Of a stretch of 59,679 nucleotides of DNA, positions 48,947 through 59,679 are shown one piece after another; position 1 is the first letter of the stretch, and each line of letters starts with the position of its first letter. Made by a program: the position numbers and the translations under genes. The notes under the pieces are model-generated. The model was not told where the DNA came from, made no database searches, and saw only the letters and a program-made list of their open reading frames with translations. Source of the stretch: Klebsormidium nitens. Lineage: Eukaryota; Plantae; Klebsormidiophyceae. The stretch is taken from positions 1 to 59,679 of the forward strand of contig DF237489.1 of assembly GCA_000708835.1 (NCBI GenBank). The letters run 5' to 3'.

Positions 48947-51900
48947 ATGATTGCATCTTCTGGGAAGACTGCCGGGAGCCCACATGATGCCGTTCAAACC
49001 TCGGTCTCCTTCGAGCAAGAAGCTGCCGGCCGCCCCGTTGTGCCCGCACGCCCCCGCAGCTGGCTGCGCTTGTATAGCATTGCGCGACGGGGCCTCACCG
49101 GGTTCCAACGGGGCGGGGCCGGATTGGCGGGGGCAGATGGACTTGGGGCGCCGCAGGAAGTGGGGGATCAGCAGAGGGCGAGCCTGGCGCGCAGCAATGT
49201 GGACGTTGTGAAGCAGTGGGCGGCGCACCCCAGCTTGCAGCCATTCATTGCGTCGCTCCATGCTGTCCAGAGTGGGGAGCCGCATCAGCAAGTGTTTGTG
49301 TGGCTAGTGTGCCGCTGCTTGGCGCCTCTAGTGCTGCTGTTGCTGCTGTGGACCACGCTCACACACATGGTGAGGGGGAACTACGACTGGGCGGTTTGGA
49401 TCATGACCTGGGCTGGGGGGGTCTCTGGAGTGTCTGGGCATCGGGGCTGGCCTTTCTGATCGAGCGTGTCTCTTCCACGTGTCCCCAGTATTTCAGCTTT
49501 GATGCAGATGTTGCTTATACAAAGGGCTTTTGCCACCAGCATCAAGGGGCCTGTTGTTGTCAACAGCTTAGACCCCGTGTATGCTGGCAGATACTAGATT
49601 TGTATTCACCGCCATTGCTAGTGAATCTAAAATACAGAGCTCTTTCCTTCTCCCAGGACCGGGGCTCATCAATGTCTATTGGAGAGGGGGCTGCCTTGCT
49701 GGTCCTGTTTGTGCTCTCCCGGGGCTTTGGGGCGCTGGCAGAGAAGGCCGGCCTGCACCCCCTGTGCGGCATGTTGCTGGTGAGGCCATACACCCGCCCC
49801 CAAGCACCACCGCTTTCAGATGTTCCGAATTGTGTTTGACAAGTTTCTCCTTTTTCATGGCTATGGGGTTGGTCTTACTTGCAAGTCTGCAGTTTGTTGC
49901 TTCTCGCCAAATGTCTCGATTGTAACAAGGCGGCTCTTTCTGTGCAGGCTGGCTTTACTTGCCGCTACCTGCCGGGCCTGGCGGGGGGCAGCATCATCGA
50001 GTCGGAGGTTGCGGCGGAGGTCCGCATGGTGGGCCTGGCGCTCATACTCGTGTGAGTGCACTCGGGCCTGTCCGTCAAGAAAGGCTGGGTCTTTCACCAG
50101 AGACAGTTTGTCCTTCAGACAATGACGACGCACAGCCCTGATGTCACAAATTTATTGCCTTTCCACTATGCTTTTCAGCACCTGCTGAACCCCCCCCGTT
50201 CCTGTGTGCAGCCGTGCTGGCCTCAGCTTGCGGCTGGCGCTCATCACCAACCTGATCGGCCTCTGCTCCGCAACGTCCCTGGGGCCCACGCTGTGAGTTT
50301 CTCCCAACCCTTCGCCTTGTGCAAGTGTTGGGCTCTTACCTAGTGATTATCGCCGGAGGCAGAGCTGGTCTCGCAATCCTTCGAAAGTACTTGTCAATTT
50401 TCCCTTTCCTGAGGCGCTTCCTTTCTGCCTGACCCCCCTCTTCCCGGTTGCAGTGTGGAGTGTGTAACTGTGGCTGCCCTCTCTCGCGCTGCGTACGGCT
50501 GGCCCTGGACGTGGGGCCTCATGACGGGGTGAGCCTCATTCCTGAGTATGGTAATGTTTCCCCGCTGTCGAAAAAGCACGTAAATCTGTGGTTCGACAAT
50601 TTTCTGCCTTCACTGCAAGATGCGGAGTCCTTTCTGATCTTGGTTGACAACTACTGGGCACCTGCTCCATGATGCGCTTACTCAACACTTTCTTCCTTTC
50701 AAGCCCTGGATCTTCGCTCAGTCGGACTTTTTCGCCCTCGCCCTCTGTCCGTCTCTGTTTTCGAGCGGCGTTCATCCTAGATAGCTCCTCTTAACGAAGA
50801 TTCACATACCCCAATCTGGCCAACTGGGTCTGGCATGAGACCATTCCGACAGATTCCCAATAGTTGGTCGCCAACTAATCTCTGGCGACCTGACAAAACC
50901 TTCTTTCAGCGAGGTCAGCCGTCATTGCACCGTGCTTCGTATTCCGGGTCCACGTCAATCGAAAAATGGGTGCGTTACTGGAGACTCGGTTACGCCATTG
51001 TGGTACTGATTAACCGTCTATTATCCTCGTAGTGACTCGATATGGGTACTGCAGTCATCCAGGGTTATGCTGACACGCTGGCGTGATCGACCCCCTTCTG
51101 GTCGATGCGGACCGATAGGCTCTTTTCAATCAATGATTGTCACCCAACCGTTGGGCTTGGTTGGCGGCACCCTGAATCTGTGTACTGTGAAACGGAGGAC
51201 TAATACCGTTTGTTCCGTGCCCCGCGCAGGGCGATGGTTTCGGGCGTGGCTGCCGCGGTGGTGGTCCCCGTGCTGCTGACGCTGCAGCAGGACGGCTACG
51301 GCACCGCCAAGGGCCTGCCCAGCCTCGTGCTCGCAGTCGCCGCGCTCGACGACGTTCTCGCGGTCGTGGCCTACGCCATCTCCGCAGCTATTGTGTTCGG
51401 TGAGGTTCTTATTTCTTGTTGTTAAGAGGACTGAGGTTGTTTGGTGAGGTCACTACTTCTTGTCTGGTGTGATCACGGATTCGTTCTTTACCAGTCAGGA
51501 GGACGAGTCGAGGAACTGGTGACCGTCGGCCTCTTTGGAGCCGTCAGTTTCAATCTGCGCCAGCCCCGCACGCCTGGGCGGCTCTACTTGGACTGCAGCG
51601 ACATTTAGCCCGCAGAATCATTCGTGACTTGCTTCTCAACCTGTTACATTTGCAGTTCAGAAACGGGGCACGGGATGCCCCGGCTTGGCTCGTTGCAAAT
51701 TCTTGACAAGATGATTGGATTGGGTGACTTTGAGGCTTGAGCCAGCGGTTCTCGTCAAAACATACCGATGATGAAATTGACCCCATCTTTATCTTCGTCT
51801 CTCGAAGAACCCATCTCCTTTCTTCTTCCTTCCACAAACTCCCCCAGCCCGTGTGCGTTCATACTTACGTCTGTCTCTTTGCTGCAGAGCACAGCCCTGT

Positions 51901-54012
51901 GCTGGTGACACTGGTGCGCGGCCCCGCGGAGCTGGTCCTAGGGGCCGTCGCCGGCCTGGCAGTGGGCCTCCTGGGCTGCCTGTTTTTGCCCCCCCTCGCG
52001 CACAAAGACGACGCGGCGGGCGCGGCCAGCGGCAGGCTGCCGCCGCAGGAGGGCGCGCTCATGGTGAGGGGCACGACGGCCGGGGAGAGGGGCGGTGCGT
52101 ATGATTGGAAGTTGCTTCGAAATCTACGTACCTGCCGTTCAGACTGCTTTTCAACCCAGCGCGTTTTGTAAGAAGTAGAAGACGTGGTCTGCCGCTCCTT
52201 GACGAAGCGGTTTGCTTGAGAGGTGGTTCCACCCTAGTCGAGAGCCGTTTTTGGTGCAATCGCTTGTGCCCGACGTTGGTGCACTGTCCAGGAGCCGTAA
52301 GTAGACGCGAAAGAGAGCAGCTCCGTCGTCAGTCTTTAGCGTCACCTCACATGCGGTGGAGAGAAGAAAGAACAAGACAAATCCCCTGCAATGGTCCTCT
52401 ACTCCGCAATCGGGGGCCTCTATTCTGCATGCTGCACATGCTTAAGTTGGCGGCTTAAGGGGCAAAGCATGTAGATTGAGTCTCGTTCTCTTTCCACTCG
52501 CCAAGCCACCTGACAATGCAACAACGGAAGGTCGGCTTCCGCTCCTGATGTGTTGATGAATGGTCACCTGCGCGTGGTACAGGCGGGGCTGCGGTCGTGC
52601 TACGTGGGCGGCATGGCTCTGCTGGCCATCTATGGGTGCCACGGCCACGGCGCGGCAGGCGCTGGCGCGGTGAGGGAACGGTTCATCCCGCTCAGTCTTC
52701 TCAAGCATGAGTTGGCTTTGGTCCACACGGTTTCCAAACAGAGCTCACTTGGTCATGATCCTGAGGAAGGCGTCTCCTGTACCTGTTGCCATGATATTGT
52801 GCAAGTGAACAGACTGCGCAACAGTTAGCCAGTGAGTCGATTCGCCCGATCCGTCTTTTCGCCTACTGATAAGGTCTACACAAACCCCCAAAACGTATTT
52901 CCGGCGCCCCGCACAGATGTCGTGTTTGGTGCTGGGCATGACGGCGCAGCTGGGGTGGGGAAGCGCGCGCGTGGGCGCGCCCAAGGCGCAGCTGGGCGTG
53001 GTGTGGAACCAGGGCGTGGCGCCGCTGCTGTTCGGCATCATCGGCATCAAGCTCGACCCCGCCGCCTTCACGCCCGCGTTCCTCGCGCGCGCGGGCGGGC
53101 TGCTGGGGGCCGCCATGCTCGCGCGGGGGGCGGCCACGCTCGCGTGTGCGATGGCGGGGTGAGGACGAGGCTACGCAACAGCAATCCTTGTTTGTGCTTT
53201 TGTTGTTCTGAGAGAGTTGTGGATCACAGGCAAGACCCGGCGTCGGAGAGACGGGTATTGGCAAAAAGGAACAACCAGAGAAGGGAGGGGGAAAGCATGC
53301 CTCTAACCTCGGGTGGTCCCGCGACTTGAAAGCAAGGGCTCAGTGCTGACGGTGCTTCTGAGTCAGCTGCTACGTGAATGTGTGCAGGAAGGACCTGACA
53401 GCGAATGAGCGCGCGTTCCTGGCCCTCGCATGGGTGCCCAAGGCGACAGTCCAGGTGAGCCCGCCATCGGCCGGGGGACCGCGAGAAACCTTCGAAGCAC
53501 TGCGCACCCCTGACTCGGTCAAAGCTTGCAATTTATACACTTTGGATAAGTGATCAAGGACAGGTTGGTCTAGAAGAAGATATACCCAAGCCGCCAAACG
53601 CTCCCCGTGCAGGCTGCACTGGCGCCAGAGCCCTTGGCTCGGTCTCGCGCCCGGCTGCTTGCGGGGATCGGGTCCGAGGAGGAAGTGCGATGGGCGGAAA
53701 CCGTGAGTTTGCGTCCGCAGCAACGCTCCCTTCAATCGTCCATGAGGCGGCGCATTCTGGACTAAGGATGGCGGCTCTTCGGGAACTCTCGCCCTTTGCA
53801 CGAATCGCTTGTCAAAATTGGACGCCGGTTGTCTGCATGTGTGCGCTACGACCTTGGATGCTGACGCCCGCATGGTGCAGGTGTTCGCCCTGGGCATGCT
53901 GTCCGTGTTTTTGTCTGCGCCGTTGGGAGCGATCCTTCTCAAGTACTTTGGCCCCAAGCTTCTGAAGAAGGGGAGGCGATCCTCGACGGGAGAGGATGCA
54001 GGGGATCACTGA
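48947..54012 (+). CDS. SLC9B/NHA-type (CPA2) Na+/H+ antiporter, about 11 exons
   Basis: HPLCGMLLAGF, VRMVGLALILVRAGL, GWPWTWGLMTG, GYGTAKGLPSLVLAVAALDDVLAV (DD motif), ERAFLALAWVPKATVQAAL and FLSAPLGAILLKYFGPKLL parallel animal NHA1/2. Start codon inferred. Confidence 0.85.
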
Positions 54013-54993
54013 TATCAGGAGCAAGAAACTTATCACGACCGATCTTAGACTTCCATTCAACCCCTCCACAGAACCAAGCTCAGCATGGGTTCAATTTCCA
54101 TTGCACTTGATTCCAATTGGTCTTGAAAAGCAGCTCATGGACTCAGGGCCCGCCTGTTGTGTTTCGACGCTTTATTTTCTATGAAACGTCAATTCTAGCC
54201 GGCCCTCGCAGAAGAAAAGCTCTTATGTCTGCCATGGGCCTAGTCATCTTATGGAGAATGGCCACATGCTATTATCATGATGAGCGGTCAGTTCGCCGAT
54301 CCTGGTTTATCATGGGCAGATCTCTGTGATTGGTGCAGCGGGCCTGACGTGATCACGTCGGAAAATCGCCGGACACCAAATATATGCATGCAGCTACAAA
54401 GTGTGCATTGCGGAAATTGATATGCATGCGCCGCCACTTCGGTGTCAGTAGGCAGATGGAAGCTATCGGTGCATATGCATGGAGCCAATGCTCGCGACCA
54501 TTTACTGAGCCCACACGCAACTGCCTGGTACTGTATGTGTCCCTTACATCGCTTGTGAGCTCTTGCTGCAGTGCGCTAGCTAGACAGTGTTGCACGCAGC
54601 AACAGTATCCATGGATCAATTGACAGGACTTGGTTACTCTGTGAAGTACCAACTTACCGCAATTAGCCATGTGGGAAATCACAGGCTGCTGATCACAGAC
54701 CTGGGTAAGCATGGCACGTGCACGTTCCCACCAAAACAGCCGATCATATCGCAGATGAACCGTTGCCTCCTACAAAAATACAAATGCTAGCCTGAAGTTT
54801 GACCACAGTCTGCTCAGCGGGTGCTCCATCTTTCCAATTTGAAGCACAATTGAATGCCTCGTACCGAGTTCTTCGCAAAATGGTCCAATAGCATCCCCTC
54901 AAAAGGGGCGTCCTAATACCCCCATCAACACCTGCCATTGTTTACAAGCTTCGAATTGGCAAAACCTTGAACAACACGGAATATGGGAATCGA

Positions 54994-59093
<4,100 letters not shown>

Positions 59094-59679
59094 GGTGAGT
59101 ACTGCCCAAAACAAAATTCTTCCGTCACCTTCTGTGCTCAATGTTCCTTGATGCTACCCTTTGTAAGCAAACAATATTATTATCGTGGCACTTGTTGGGG
59201 ACGTGCAGCAGCTAGGTACCTGCAATGGTTGCACAGCGCCGTCACCCAGGACGAAGTGCTGAGATAGACAGGCTTGCAAATGCAATGGCACTTTTCCAGG
59301 CCCAAAACTGGCCACTTGGCCGATCGCGTTGTAGACGTACGTAACCCGGCCGCGTGTAACTAGACCGAGACTCGATCTTCCTTTCGTGGGTCCGATTCGG
59401 GATCATGTATGTATAACCATTGATTGGCCTAGCAACGCGTTGAATCGACGGTCTCAAACAAGGGCTTTCTTTTACCAAATCTACGCCGTCAAATAATGAA
59501 ATCCAGTATTAAAAGAATATCGAAACCGTCCGTATGCCGGCAACTTGTCGGGCAAGTAATGATAATCAAATCCCATTTATTATTAGTTTATTAGTACTCG
59601 CGAATCGCGATTCGGAACCGTCAATTGTAATGCCCCGTGACCGCCACTTAGCGGTCAGCACCACCGGTAACGAGTACAA

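Noticed and set aside
54270-54352. Box C/D snoRNA-like ATGATGA...CTGA
   Set aside because: Weak terminal stem, no recognisable rRNA guide, and located in a probable 3'UTR.

Overview
Eukaryotic, intron-rich genomic window with GC-rich exons, lower-GC introns and one 114-N gap. The plant-like proteins (V-ATPase c, W108-type glycolate oxidase ending -ARL, plant-type SMPD4, At3g21360-like dioxygenase) suggest a streptophyte green alga such as Klebsormidium; this is inference, not a lookup. Ten spliced protein genes can be assembled by hand: NAXD(-), VHA-c(+), a 904-aa unknown(-), VPS26C(-), SMPD4-like(+), TauD-like dioxygenase(-), ribophorin I(+), a TPR protein(-), an SLC9B/NHA-type Na+/H+ antiporter(+) and glycolate oxidase(-). 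Eight of the ten sit in four compact head-to-head pairs. Three gene-free zones lie at about 1-3.4, 14.7-18.3 and 38.7-42.5 kb; the first and third hold decayed transposon sequence (Ty3/Gypsy gag-protease, piggyBac-like, Mutator-like). Most notable: an intact 593-bp TIR element with a target-site duplication inside a divergent promoter; a GC-AG intron bounded by a 9-nt direct repeat; a NAXD presequence one base out of frame; an animal/bacterial-type NHA antiporter; and a perfect 14-bp hairpin in another divergent promoter. No CRISPR array, rRNA or convincing tRNA was seen. Most ORFs in the supplied track are shadow frames of GC-rich exons. No wholly new multi-gene system is demonstrable from the sequence alone.
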